Positions 35,788 to 44,932 are shown, counted from the first letter of the stretch. The stretch is DNA of 64,000 nucleotides from Akkermansia muciniphila (GCA_945898055.1 CAMDGV010000012.1:4871-68870), one strand, 5' to 3'. Translations and numbers: made by a program. Notes: generated from the sequence alone by a model not told the origin.

Positions 35788-38700
35788 TTACTGGGAGCGC
35801 GGTAATTCTTCGGCAGTGGCGATGACCCGTCGGGCCAGCATATTGAGATGAATATCACTTCGGGCTTGTTCTGTTTGGAGAAAGCCCAAGGTTGAGAAAC
35901 GAGAAATAAGTTCCATGGCTTGTTTGATCGATCCGCTTCGTAATTCGACATCGATTAAACGGTCCATCATCTGGCCAAGGACACGGGTATCATGAGTAAA
36001 TTGGAAAGGACCAAAGCGGGATAAATCCGGGTTAAGTGCTTCATCAAATAAGCTGCGCGCCCGTACGTCCTGCCGCCGATCCCAGCAGACTTCGGCTAGG
36101 CGCAAGCGGTGAACCCGCTGATTCTCGAGATCTAACGCCACGAGTGCGCCAAGAATCTGTTCTAATCGCCCAGAACTGGGGGTGTGGAAAGAAGATCTTC
36201 GGGCCCGATACCGCAGCAGGAGCATGTCGCCGTACTGTCGGAGCAATCCCAGATCGGCGAGTATTTCATCCTTTTTAAAGAGAGGATCCTCGAGCATTCG
36301 TGCGGCATCACCGTCTGGAGGCGGGTTCTGTACTGAATAGGAGGTGAGTAAACGGAACGGAAGGGGATCGAGAGGATCGAGACTGCGCCACTGGTGTAAA
36401 ATGGACCGAAAAATAGGCAGTTGAGGGAGCCCGGTTTTGGCGAATTGGACAGCGAGCGCACGGCAATCGTTGGTCGTCAGAGGATGTGCCTCTAGATAGT
36501 CGCCAAGCAGAGATCTGGGCCGAGCCCGTTGAGCTTCATTGATTTGGAAGGGAACCAAGGCTTGGCCTCGGACAAAAAAGGCTTTCTGTGCCCGATATTC
36601 CAAGACCGGATTAAAGTCGCTGTGCAGCCGTGTTTCGCCACGCGCTAGGAAGAAAGCATCTCCGAATCCAGTCACTTGAAGGGTGAGAATATTTACGGGT
36701 TGGGTGATTTCGATCGTCTTCAGATCTGCGGCGACAGCTGGAACAGCTAATCGTTTGGCTAAGGTGTCGAGATTCACAGTGAAGGGCGACACTCCGCCGA
36801 CCAAAAGCAGGTCGCCCACCGAGGTTTGCCAAAGGCTGAGATAGGGAAATACCGATCCAAAGGTTGCCACAACTGTCTCAAAGATCGAGTCATCGGTCTC
36901 GTAGGTTTGGACCCATTGCGCACACAAGCCACCCGGCTTTAATCGTTCTCGGCAATCGAGATAGTATTCACGACTAAACACGGCTGCGACCCCGGCCATC
37001 CAGGGGTTAGATGGTTCAGTGATAATGAGGTCGTACTGCCGGGTTGTGGTTTGTAAAAACGTCTTAGCGTCTTCGATGGATATATGACAGCGTGGGTTAC
37101 GGAGAGCGTCGTGGTTGTAGGGCGCGAAATGGTCTCGTGCGGCGACGATGACTTCGGGGGAGATTTCCACTAAATCGACTCGTTCGATCTCAGGAAATTG
37201 GAGGAGTGAACCGACGGTGACACCGCTACCGGCACCCACCACCAAAGCCTCGACTGGGTGAGGGTGGAGAAGCGATGGGATGTGCCCCACCAGCATCTGG
37301 GTGCTCATGTCGTCACCTGAACTGGCATCCACCTTCCCATTTATCTTCAGTCCGATCGTCTTTTGACCGGCCTCGCCGGGTACTTCAACCACAGCGATGG
37401 TGGCGCCCGCGCCATCACGAAAAAAGTTCAAGTTGAACGCCTCCGCGCGGGCGCGATACTGAGCCACGGTCTGTGGTTGCTGAGCCTCTCGCCAGAGTCC
37501 AAGGCTGAAAGTGCGAGACCAACGCTCGCCGAGTCCTAAAGTGAGGATGAAGAACAAACCAGAGGTCACGGCCAATCCTTGAAGACAAGGTTTGAGAATA
37601 CGACCGCGTTGTGCGCCGAGGACGACGAGTCCGATCGAGATATTAAGGCCAATGCCAAGGGCAAAGGTGGACGCTAAGCCCAAGAAGGGTAGAAGGATAA
37701 GTCCAGTTAGGACGGCTCCCAAAACTGTCCCGAGTGTATTTACGGCGAATACGCGTCCAACCGAGCGCCCTGTTCGTGCGATATCGACTGTCGCGACCCG
37801 ACTAACAAGCGGGAGAGTCATGCCCAAACAAACGGCTGGAATAAACATCACGCCGAAGCAAATAAGAGCCTGAATCAGTTCATAAACCGGGTAAGCTTCA
37901 GGGCGCCTCGCCAGTAACTGAGAGAGTTTAGAGAACCAAAATGGAAGGAGGTCATAGAAGCCAATGGAGAGAAGCAGCGTCCCGGCCAGAGCCAACTCGG
38001 CCCATGCGAAAGCGGTGAGGGTTTGCGTCTGACGTCGCCAACGGCTGACGAGCCAACTGCCGACCGTGATACCGCCGATAAAAGTGGCGAGCATCAACGA
38101 GTAAGCGTGGGTACTAGAGCCCAGCGCTAAGGCGAGCAACCGAGTCCAAGCGATTTCATAGAGCATCGCCACAAATCCGGAGACCCCCGTTGCGATGAGG
38201 GCGACCCTGAGTTCAAGAGGGGTGAAGGTCTCGTCGGCGAGGGGGGTGGGGGTTCGTGTGCTATCCGGAGAGCGTTCACCGCCACGAACACTAACCACAT
38301 AGGCGACGAGGCTAATAATGAGACTGAGGCTGGCGCCGAGATAGACAACCCGTTCCAAGCCGAGTTCCGGGATCCACCACCCATCGGCGAGTAGAACCCC
38401 AGTGACGGCCCCAGCACTATTGATCGCATAGAGGGAGGAAACTTTTCCACGGAGTTCCCCGAGGGATCGGGTTACATAACGAGTTAAGGCGGGAAGGGTG
38501 GCTCCCATCAGGATTGTGGGAAGTAGGATCGTGGCGCCGGCAAAGACAAACTGCAGGGTTAAGCGAAACAAGCCTTCTGGCCGAGTTGATCGAATAAATC
38601 CGAGGAAGAGGTTGTGGACGAACTCGTAATAATTAGGAAAAAGTGCGGCATAAAGTCCGATGCCCGCTTCGAGGGCTGCGTAGAACTTTAAAGGTTGGCG

Positions 38701-38910
38701 CATTGTATCCACCTTGGCTCCTAGCCACGCGTTGCCCAAGGCCAACCCTCCCATAAAGGCAGCCAGCACCGCGACGACTGCGTAGCTGGTGTGGCCAAGG
38801 AAAAGAGCGAGATACCGAGTCCAAACGACTTGATAAAGTAAGCCTGCGGTACCAGAGACAAAAAAAGTCCCCAGTATTAGTAGAAATACAGATCGTGAGT
38901 TGGGCTTCAT
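35788..38910 (-). CDS. Fused MFS-like membrane domain / spermidine-synthase-like domain protein with a helical C-terminal extension
   Basis: The N-terminal half of about 500 aa is polytopic. The middle has VVGAGSGVTVGSLL...VDLVEISPEVI...DLIITEPSNPWMAGVAAVFSREYY (the spermine/spermidine synthase fold). The C-terminal region of about 300 aa is helical. The ATG at 38910 is preferred to 38982, which would overlap the Nudix gene. Confidence 0.8.
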   Translation of the reverse strand: MKPNSRSVFLLILGTFFVSGTAGLLYQVVWTRYLALFLGHTSYAVVAVLAAFMGGLALGNAWLGAKVDTMRQPLKFYAALEAGIGLYAALFPNYYEFVHNLFLGFIRSTRPEGLFRLTLQFVFAGATILLPTILMGATLPALTRYVTRSLGELRGKVSSLYAINSAGAVTGVLLADGWWIPELGLERVVYLGASLSLIISLVAYVVSVRGGERSPDSTRTPTPLADETFTPLELRVALIATGVSGFVAMLYEIAWTRLLALALGSSTHAYSLMLATFIGGITVGSWLVSRWRRQTQTLTAFAWAELALAGTLLLSIGFYDLLPFWFSKLSQLLARRPEAYPVYELIQALICFGVMFIPAVCLGMTLPLVSRVATVDIARTGRSVGRVFAVNTLGTVLGAVLTGLILLPFLGLASTFALGIGLNISIGLVVLGAQRGRILKPCLQGLAVTSGLFFILTLGLGERWSRTFSLGLWREAQQPQTVAQYRARAEAFNLNFFRDGAGATIAVVEVPGEAGQKTIGLKINGKVDASSGDDMSTQMLVGHIPSLLHPHPVEALVVGAGSGVTVGSLLQFPEIERVDLVEISPEVIVAARDHFAPYNHDALRNPRCHISIEDAKTFLQTTTRQYDLIITEPSNPWMAGVAAVFSREYYLDCRERLKPGGLCAQWVQTYETDDSIFETVVATFGSVFPYLSLWQTSVGDLLLVGGVSPFTVNLDTLAKRLAVPAVAADLKTIEITQPVNILTLQVTGFGDAFFLARGETRLHSDFNPVLEYRAQKAFFVRGQALVPFQINEAQRARPRSLLGDYLEAHPLTTNDCRALAVQFAKTGLPQLPIFRSILHQWRSLDPLDPLPFRLLTSYSVQNPPPDGDAARMLEDPLFKKDEILADLGLLRQYGDMLLLRYRARRSSFHTPSSGRLEQILGALVALDLENQRVHRLRLAEVCWDRRQDVRARSLFDEALNPDLSRFGPFQFTHDTRVLGQMMDRLIDVELRSGSIKQAMELISRFSTLGFLQTEQARSDIHLNMLARRVIATAEELPRSQ

Positions 38911-38921
38911 GAGAGGGTAGT

Positions 38922-39458
38922 TTATGCGGTTACGGTCTCGGCGGGAAGCGGTTGCGGAGACCATTGCTTGCGTTCGCGCCAAATCCGCCGGAAGGCACTG
39001 GAAAAATCCTCGGGACGTCGGTTCATCCAGTCGATCAGTGCCTCAGGGGTAAACCATCCGCCGCCCCGGATTTCTGAGGCTTGCAAAACAAAAGGCCCTT
39101 CGTGAATCGCGCGGTACACCCAGCAAAACTCCCAAGCTGTTTCCTCACTTGCTTCCATTCTGTGCACCCTTTCTGGGATTTCGTTCAAGCGCACACCTAA
39201 CTCCTCTTCAACCTCTCGTAGCGACGTGGAGTCGTAGTCTTCACCTGCGGTCACATGGCCAGATGAGGAACTATCCCACGCTCCAGGAAAGTCATCCTTC
39301 GCGAAGGAACGTTGTTGTAAGAAGAGTTCATCACGATCGTTGAAAATCAGAATATGAACAGCGCGATGCCGAAGACGACGTTGATGAACTTCGCTGCGAG
39401 GCGCTTTGCCGATGACTTCGTCTTTATCGGTGACAATATCAAACCATTCTTCGCTCAT
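38922..39458 (-). CDS. Nudix hydrolase
   Basis: The Nudix box GHVTAGEDYDSTSLREVEEELGV. Its start overlaps the CPBP stop (ATGA). Confidence 0.9.
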   Translation of the reverse strand: MSEEWFDIVTDKDEVIGKAPRSEVHQRRLRHRAVHILIFNDRDELFLQQRSFAKDDFPGAWDSSSSGHVTAGEDYDSTSLREVEEELGVRLNEIPERVHRMEASEETAWEFCWVYRAIHEGPFVLQASEIRGGGWFTPEALIDWMNRRPEDFSSAFRRIWRERKQWSPQPLPAETVTA

Positions 39459-40036
39459 AATTCTCCGTGGATTCGCATCTGTTCCATGACGACTGTGGCC
39501 ATTAAATTATTGATCGCGTGCAGGAAGATACAGGGCCAAATTGAGGCGGACCGAATCCGGACCCAGCCTAGTAGAAGTCCGAGAGCAAAGAGGAGAGTCA
39601 TCTCTCGCACACCGTATTGAAGGTGGATCAAGGTCCAAAGTAGACTTGTCAGACCGCACGCCAACCATTTGCCGCCCTTGACCGAGCATAGACCGTCGAA
39701 AACAAAGCCGCGAAAAATCCATTCTTCAAGTAGGGGAGCCAATAAGACCACTGCCAGCCAGAGGTGGATCCGTGGGTTTGCGGTGAGGTAGAGCGCTTTC
39801 ATTTGCGGATTCACTTCTGTGATGAGGAGGGAGCCAAGTCCGGTGAGGATCAACCAGCCGAGAAGTCCGGAAATCATCGGCTTCCAAGTAAAAGAGCGGA
39901 GGCCAAGATAACCGGCGGTATCTCCCGTTCCCCTCACCCAAGCTAACACGGCTCCGACCGGTAGAAGCACGAGGGTACAAATTAACTGGGTCCAGAAGAG
40001 GGTAGTTCCATTTAAAGTGAGTTGTGGCCTTCCCAA
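39455..40036 (-). CDS. CPBP-family intramembrane glutamic endopeptidase (CAAX protease-like); the true 5' end may lie upstream, as far as 40273
   Basis: Motifs EEWIFRGFVF and FLHAINN. The reading frame stays open for 79 more codons upstream of the TTG at 40036 (see findings). Confidence 0.8.
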   Translation of the reverse strand: MGRPQLTLNGTTLFWTQLICTLVLLPVGAVLAWVRGTGDTAGYLGLRSFTWKPMISGLLGWLILTGLGSLLITEVNPQMKALYLTANPRIHLWLAVVLLAPLLEEWIFRGFVFDGLCSVKGGKWLACGLTSLLWTLIHLQYGVREMTLLFALGLLLGWVRIRSASIWPCIFLHAINNLMATVVMEQMRIHGEL

Positions 40037-40347
40037 ACCGTTTTCCAGCGCGCCCGTAGTAACAGAGGGAATCAGCCAGAACCCAAAGAAGGCGAGTGCC
40101 GGAATTAGGATCAGTCCCGCGATTAGTCCGAATAAACCAAGTAAAGAGAGGCCAAAGCCCCAAGGTCCGCGATGGGAGGAGGCGGGAGGTCCGGAAGGGC
40201 AAGGATGCGGCGGCGCTAAAATGGGAGGTGAATCGAGAGCGATAGGGGCAGATTGAGGATTGGCTGAGGGGAGTCAATAAGAGCAAAAGAGAGTCTTTGT
40301 TTGCGGGTCGGTCTTGACGCCTGCCGTGGAGCCTAGAGATTAGCGGC

Positions 40348-40761
40348 ATGTCGGAGAGCAAACCAAGGAAGTTGGGACGTAAAGAAAGTCGGAATCTCGA
40401 TGTCGAGATTCAGTTTCTCGAAGGACTGGTTCGTCGAGATCCGAGTTATGTGGAAGCTCTTCAATTGTTGGGTGACGATTACACGCGGCGAGGTAAGATT
40501 GCCGAGGGCCTGCGGGTAGATCTTCAACTGAAGGCACTTCGACCGGAAGATCCAGAAGTGATGTTCAATCTGGCCTGTAGTTTGGCCCTATCAGGAAATT
40601 TAGAGGCCGCTGCCGATGAGGTTTGCCGAGCTATTCTGGCGGGCTTTCGTGACTTTAATTGGCTTCGAAAAGAGAGTGATTTTGCCGTTCTTCGAAAGCA
40701 TTTGGCCTACGGACGGGTCCGAAAACTGATGAAGTCAATCTTGGCTGAGACGACTCAATAA
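40348..40761 (+). CDS. Small TPR-repeat protein
   Basis: YVEALQLLGDDYTRRGKIAEGL...PEVMFNLACSLALSGNLEAAADEVCRAI are TPR-like helices. Confidence 0.6.
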   Translation: MSESKPRKLGRKESRNLDVEIQFLEGLVRRDPSYVEALQLLGDDYTRRGKIAEGLRVDLQLKALRPEDPEVMFNLACSLALSGNLEAAADEVCRAILAGFRDFNWLRKESDFAVLRKHLAYGRVRKLMKSILAETTQ

Positions 40762-40804
40762 GCTTTTTATTGATTAAGTGGCCTCCTGCTGCACCTAATT
40801 TTTA

Positions 40805-41779
40805 ATGATGACTCAATCGAGGGTTCTTAGTGGCCTCTTGCTGTTTCAGAGTGGATTGCTGCCAAGTTGGGCCATTATCTTCGTTAGCACGGATAACGCC
40901 CTGTATAACACCAGTGAACCCGTGGGAACTCTCGCTGGGAGCGGGTGGCAATATTTGGGCAACTGGAATGGATTCGTGGGAACTCAGATTTCACCGAGTC
41001 ATTTCATCACCGCCACTCATGTGGGAGGGGCGGTGGGGGGCTCATTTACTGGATCCAATGGACAATCTTATACCACGACCGCGGTAACTCAGTTGAATGA
41101 TTTAGCCATCTGGACGGTGAGCGGCAATTTACCCACGGTGGCTCCTCTCTATTTGGGTTCGAATGAGGGTAATTTGGATATGGTCGTTTTTGGGCGTGGA
41201 GTCGGTCGCGGTGCCGAATTGACTGCGAATGACGCCACGGACGCTAATAAAATCCGTGGGTGGGCTTGGGGCGGCAATAGCGCCTTGCGTTGGGGAACTA
41301 ATAGATTTGAGGTGGCCTATGCCAATTACCCCGTGGTTGGACCGGCGATGTCTGCGGGATTTGATCGGCTTGGAGGCGATAATGAGGCTACCGTCGGGAG
41401 TGGTGATAGTGGTGGAGCTACTTTCGTTCTCAACGGAGGCAAATGGGAACTCGCAGGCGTTGTTTATGGTGTGCAGTCGAATGTTCGAACCACGCCAACT
41501 GGGACGCCAGTGAATGGTGCCATCTATGATTTCGGCGGGCTCTATGGGGCCTCGAGTGGGCAATTGATCATTGCAGATGAATTTACAGATATCCCAGCCT
41601 CCTTCGTGGTCAGTCGAATTTCAGCAGACTCCAATCAGCAATGGATTTTGACTTCGGTGCCTGAGTCCTCTTCCTACCTTGTTAGCGTGGCAGCCCTTCT
41701 CTCTTGCTGGGCCGGTTATCGGACCTTTCGCCGCACCGGGGATGCCCTTGGTCAGGTTGATCGTCGCTCGGTAGACTGA
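40805..41779 (+). CDS. Secreted trypsin-like (S1) serine protease with a PEP-CTERM-like C-terminal anchor
   Basis: Catalytic-triad contexts HFITATHVGG, NDLAIWTV and GSGDSGGATFV. The C-terminus is VPESSSYLVSVAALLSCWAGYRTFRRTG. Confidence 0.7.
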   Translation: MMTQSRVLSGLLLFQSGLLPSWAIIFVSTDNALYNTSEPVGTLAGSGWQYLGNWNGFVGTQISPSHFITATHVGGAVGGSFTGSNGQSYTTTAVTQLNDLAIWTVSGNLPTVAPLYLGSNEGNLDMVVFGRGVGRGAELTANDATDANKIRGWAWGGNSALRWGTNRFEVAYANYPVVGPAMSAGFDRLGGDNEATVGSGDSGGATFVLNGGKWELAGVVYGVQSNVRTTPTGTPVNGAIYDFGGLYGASSGQLIIADEFTDIPASFVVSRISADSNQQWILTSVPESSSYLVSVAALLSCWAGYRTFRRTGDALGQVDRRSVD

Positions 41780-41801
41780 GGAGGGTGGTAATCGGACTCG
41801 C

Positions 41802-42638
41802 TCAAGATTTAATGTCTCGAACACTGAACACTGCGTATCCAGCGATAAAAAAAGTCCCATTAAACCCAACTAGAAGGCTGAGTGATTCGGTGATTTTTTC
41901 CCATTGAATAGGCTCGGCATAGACGCGTTGCCAGAGGTTAAGATGATAGGTCAGAAACCACGGTTTCAAGTCAGCAAACCAAGGGATGTTCATCAGAATA
42001 AAGCTCAGGAAAATAAGGGATAACGCCAGAATTGTGGCAGCGGCAGGTTTGACATTGAAGCAACCGAAAAAGAAGGAAAGGCCCATGATACTCACGGCTT
42101 TAATTGCCATGAGTGCGTGAGCTGCAGCATAGCGAAAAAGACCTTCTTTAGCGCTAAAAACCCCGAACAGTTCTCCGGGCATAAAGACGAAAAGCCCGCC
42201 CCATGGAAAACAAGGGAGAGCTAATATAAGCCCAGAGACACCAAGAGCGAGAGCGAGGTTGATTGAAAAAATGGCTCCAGCTACCCATTTCAATGCGAGT
42301 AATCGGCATCGAGAAATGGGACGAGCAAGGATCATTCGCAATGTCCCATCCTCAGCTTCTTTTGCCACGAGATCTCCACCCACTAAAGTTCCATAAAGAG
42401 GGAGGAGCAGATAGGCGAGCCAAAGGTTGGTGAAAGCAGCTGCGGTGAGGGGTGACAGAAAGTCTTGAAAGTTATAACCGTTGTTTTCGAGGAGGTCAGA
42501 CATTCCACTCGATGCTTTTGAAAAACGGAACACCAGCAGGATCACTAATTGCGCCATTAGAAACATCCCGAAGCCAATATAAGTCCGCTTCTTGCCGTAT
42601 AATTTCGAGAGTTCGTTACGAAGTTGATGCAGAAACAT
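41802..42638 (-). CDS. ABC-2 type transporter permease
   Basis: Six predicted TM helices and GGDLVAKEAEDGTLRMILARPISR, typical of the ABC-2 permease family. Confidence 0.75.
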   Translation of the reverse strand: MFLHQLRNELSKLYGKKRTYIGFGMFLMAQLVILLVFRFSKASSGMSDLLENNGYNFQDFLSPLTAAAFTNLWLAYLLLPLYGTLVGGDLVAKEAEDGTLRMILARPISRCRLLALKWVAGAIFSINLALALGVSGLILALPCFPWGGLFVFMPGELFGVFSAKEGLFRYAAAHALMAIKAVSIMGLSFFFGCFNVKPAAATILALSLIFLSFILMNIPWFADLKPWFLTYHLNLWQRVYAEPIQWEKITESLSLLVGFNGTFFIAGYAVFSVRDIKS

Positions 42639-42667
42639 AGGGCTTAAATTTCAATCAGAAAACTGAG

Positions 42668-43591
42668 TTAAGAGTGAGACTCTTGGACGGAAGAGGGAGG
42701 GCGGTTGGCTCGGACTAAAGAGAGATAAAAGTGTTCTAAGGTTTGTTCTTCGTGGGCGATTTCATGAACGGTAAAACCAGCCTGAACCAAGCGTTTGACC
42801 ACCGTCCCAGTCTGGGTGCCCTCGGGGAGCGCAATCTTCGACCCTTCCTTGTGGCTGTGGATCAGACCTTGGCTCGATAACCAGTCGGTGGCCGCGACAA
42901 AGTCATCGGTCACTAATCGCACCCAGCCTTGGGGTTGCCGCGCTTCAGATAGGGGACCGTCAAACACCTTGCGCCCTTGGTGCAAGACCGCGATTCGCGA
43001 ACATAAATGTTCTACTTCACTGAGGAGATGAGATGAGAGTAAAATGGTCAGTCCGAGATCCGTATTAAGACGACGGATCGTTTCCCGCATTTCGTGAATC
43101 CCCTCTGGATCGAGTCCGTTGGTAGGTTCGTCGAGAATCAAAAGTTCGGGCCCAGGTAGGAGTGCTTGAGCTAACGCTAGTCGGGCACGCATTCCGTGGG
43201 AATAGGTTTGAACTTTGGAATCGACTCGCCCGCTGAGTCCCACCCATTCCGCAACTTCTTGAATTCGGGCAGGTGGCGTCTCAGCCGAATAACCAGCTAG
43301 AATTTCTAGATTTCGGCGTCCACTCAGATAGTCGTAAAAAACAGGGGCCTCAAAAATTGCCCCGACCTTAGCTAAGGCGGCAGCTCGGTGATGGCTGATA
43401 TCTTGACCGCAAATGCAGATGTTTCCGTCACTCGGCCAGACCTGTCCCAGCATCATTCCGATCGCGGTGCTCTTGCCTGCACCGTTGTGACCGAGGAGAC
43501 CGAAGGTGACTCCGCGGGGGACATGGAGGGTTAAGTGATCCACAGCTAAACGGTGGCCGAAGGATTTGGAAACGTCGTTGATCTGGATCAT
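42668..43591 (-). CDS. ABC transporter ATP-binding protein (ABC-2/drug-exporter type)
   Basis: GHNGAGKSTAI, YSHGMRARLALAQAL, LILDEPTNGLDP, SSHLLSEVE. Confidence 0.9.
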   Translation of the reverse strand: MIQINDVSKSFGHRLAVDHLTLHVPRGVTFGLLGHNGAGKSTAIGMMLGQVWPSDGNICICGQDISHHRAAALAKVGAIFEAPVFYDYLSGRRNLEILAGYSAETPPARIQEVAEWVGLSGRVDSKVQTYSHGMRARLALAQALLPGPELLILDEPTNGLDPEGIHEMRETIRRLNTDLGLTILLSSHLLSEVEHLCSRIAVLHQGRKVFDGPLSEARQPQGWVRLVTDDFVAATDWLSSQGLIHSHKEGSKIALPEGTQTGTVVKRLVQAGFTVHEIAHEEQTLEHFYLSLVRANRPPSSVQESHS

Positions 43592-43602
43592 GTGGCAAAC
43601 AG

Positions 43603-44175
43603 TTACGGACTGGTTTCGACGACAAAAAACGGTTTGACCAAACCATCGGCATACAGATGATTTTTCCCTTTTCCGTTTCCGCGCGCGGCGTGGAAATTCG
43701 ATTTATCGCTGAACAAGACGATGCCAGTTCCTTTCACTTGGAGAGTTAGAATTCGAGGCGAAACGGCGTCTTGCCCGTTCAAAAGGAAGTTCCAAAAATA
43801 ACTAGAGCCAGTGGATTCAAAAAGGCCTTCTCGATCTGAGGGGCAGTGTAAAATAGCGGGGGAACCTAACTGGGGGAGTAGCACTTTTTCGACGGGGTTG
43901 ATAATCACTAGATTGGTCCCCGCCGTGCGGTTCAACATAATCGGAAAGCGGTTTGCATTCTCGTCGAGGTACAAGCGCAAGCTGATCCCGATTTGCCGTA
44001 AGTTCGATGCGCAAGCAGTGGCGCGTGCGCGTGCGGTCGCTTGGGAGAGAGTAGGAAGGAGGAGGCCAGCCAATAGGGCAATAATGGAAATCACCACCAA
44101 AAGTTCAATTAAGGTGAAAGCTAATGGGCCGTTGTCGGCTGTTTTCGTTTTTTCTGGCTGGAAAGTGGAAGCCAT
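43603..44175 (-). CDS. Prepilin-type N-terminal cleavage/methylation domain protein (pseudopilin-like, PVC 'DG-V' tail type)
   Basis: [26 protein letters not shown] is a G/FTLIE processing site. The C-terminus is [12 protein letters not shown]. Confidence 0.85.
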   Translation of the reverse strand: MASTFQPEKTKTADNGPLAFTLIELLVVISIIALLAGLLLPTLSQATARARATACASNLRQIGISLRLYLDENANRFPIMLNRTAGTNLVIINPVEKVLLPQLGSPAILHCPSDREGLFESTGSSYFWNFLLNGQDAVSPRILTLQVKGTGIVLFSDKSNFHAARGNGKGKNHLYADGLVKPFFVVETSP

Positions 44176-44186
44176 GAGGGGTCCGA

Positions 44187-44828
44187 TTAGGGCAGTCTTC
44201 GAGGGCGCAGCATTCGTCCTGATTCCATCGATCGCTGTATCTCTTCAAGCACCGGTTGAAGCTCAGCCTTGGTCTCCGATGAGCCTTGATCCATAAATGT
44301 TTTGAGCCCAGTGGAAATCATTTTGTTCCGCAATTCAGGGCTTAACTGCTCGGTAGGATCTCCCCCACCTCCCCTAACTCCCGTGCTTTCCGGTGATTCG
44401 GAAGCCATTCGACTCTCTGCCTCCCGTAATCGGCGTAAGGTTCCGTCGATTGTATCACGTCGTTTCGCGGGAGGCATCTGTTCAAAGGCAGTGAGCATTT
44501 GGTTGAATCCAACGGGCAAAGTGAGCTCCATAAACTCCCCTTTTTCATTGGCATCCATCGACGAAAACCAGGTCCGCCAAGCTCCGGTGAGTCGGACAGA
44601 TCGTCGATCTTCAGAACTCAATAAATTGAGCATTTCAGCCAAACGCCGGAGGGTATCTTGTCGGGCTTGGGTCGTGAGGCTTTGAAACGGAGTGCGATTC
44701 AAAAAGGCGATTATCTTTTCCGGCGTGACCTTGCGAGATCTCGCAATCGCGAAGCCTCCAAGGGCGAGGATCCAAACCAGTCCCAGCACGCCGAGGGCAA
44801 TGAAAAGAGGTTTTTGTCGCGGCGACAT
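44187..44828 (-). CDS. Hypothetical N-terminally anchored protein, first gene of the pseudopilin/ABC operon
   Basis: The TM helix is [23 protein letters not shown], followed by a charged helical domain. I recognised no family. It is 11 nt upstream of the pseudopilin gene. Confidence 0.5.
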   Translation of the reverse strand: MSPRQKPLFIALGVLGLVWILALGGFAIARSRKVTPEKIIAFLNRTPFQSLTTQARQDTLRRLAEMLNLLSSEDRRSVRLTGAWRTWFSSMDANEKGEFMELTLPVGFNQMLTAFEQMPPAKRRDTIDGTLRRLREAESRMASESPESTGVRGGGGDPTEQLSPELRNKMISTGLKTFMDQGSSETKAELQPVLEEIQRSMESGRMLRPRRLP

Positions 44829-44904
44829 AGTCCAACTTTAGTTACACGAGGAGATTTGGCGACAATTTAGATGGGAATAGACGTAGGTTAGACTTTTTCC
44901 CGCG

Positions 44905-44932
44905 TTGACGCATTTCTTGTCGCCGATACTAT
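44905..44932 (+). promoter_or_regulatory. Candidate sigma70-type promoter for ppdK
   Basis: TTGACG (44905-44910), a 16-nt spacer, then TACTAT (44927-44932), about 60 nt upstream of the ppdK ATG. This is a pattern match only. Confidence 0.35.

Noticed and set aside
39726-40361. A 211-aa minus-strand ORF overlapping the CPBP gene and its upstream region.
   Set aside because: Its Ser/Arg/Leu/Pro-rich sequence is typical of a wrong frame. The CPBP frame explains the region, including the hydrophobic 5' extension.
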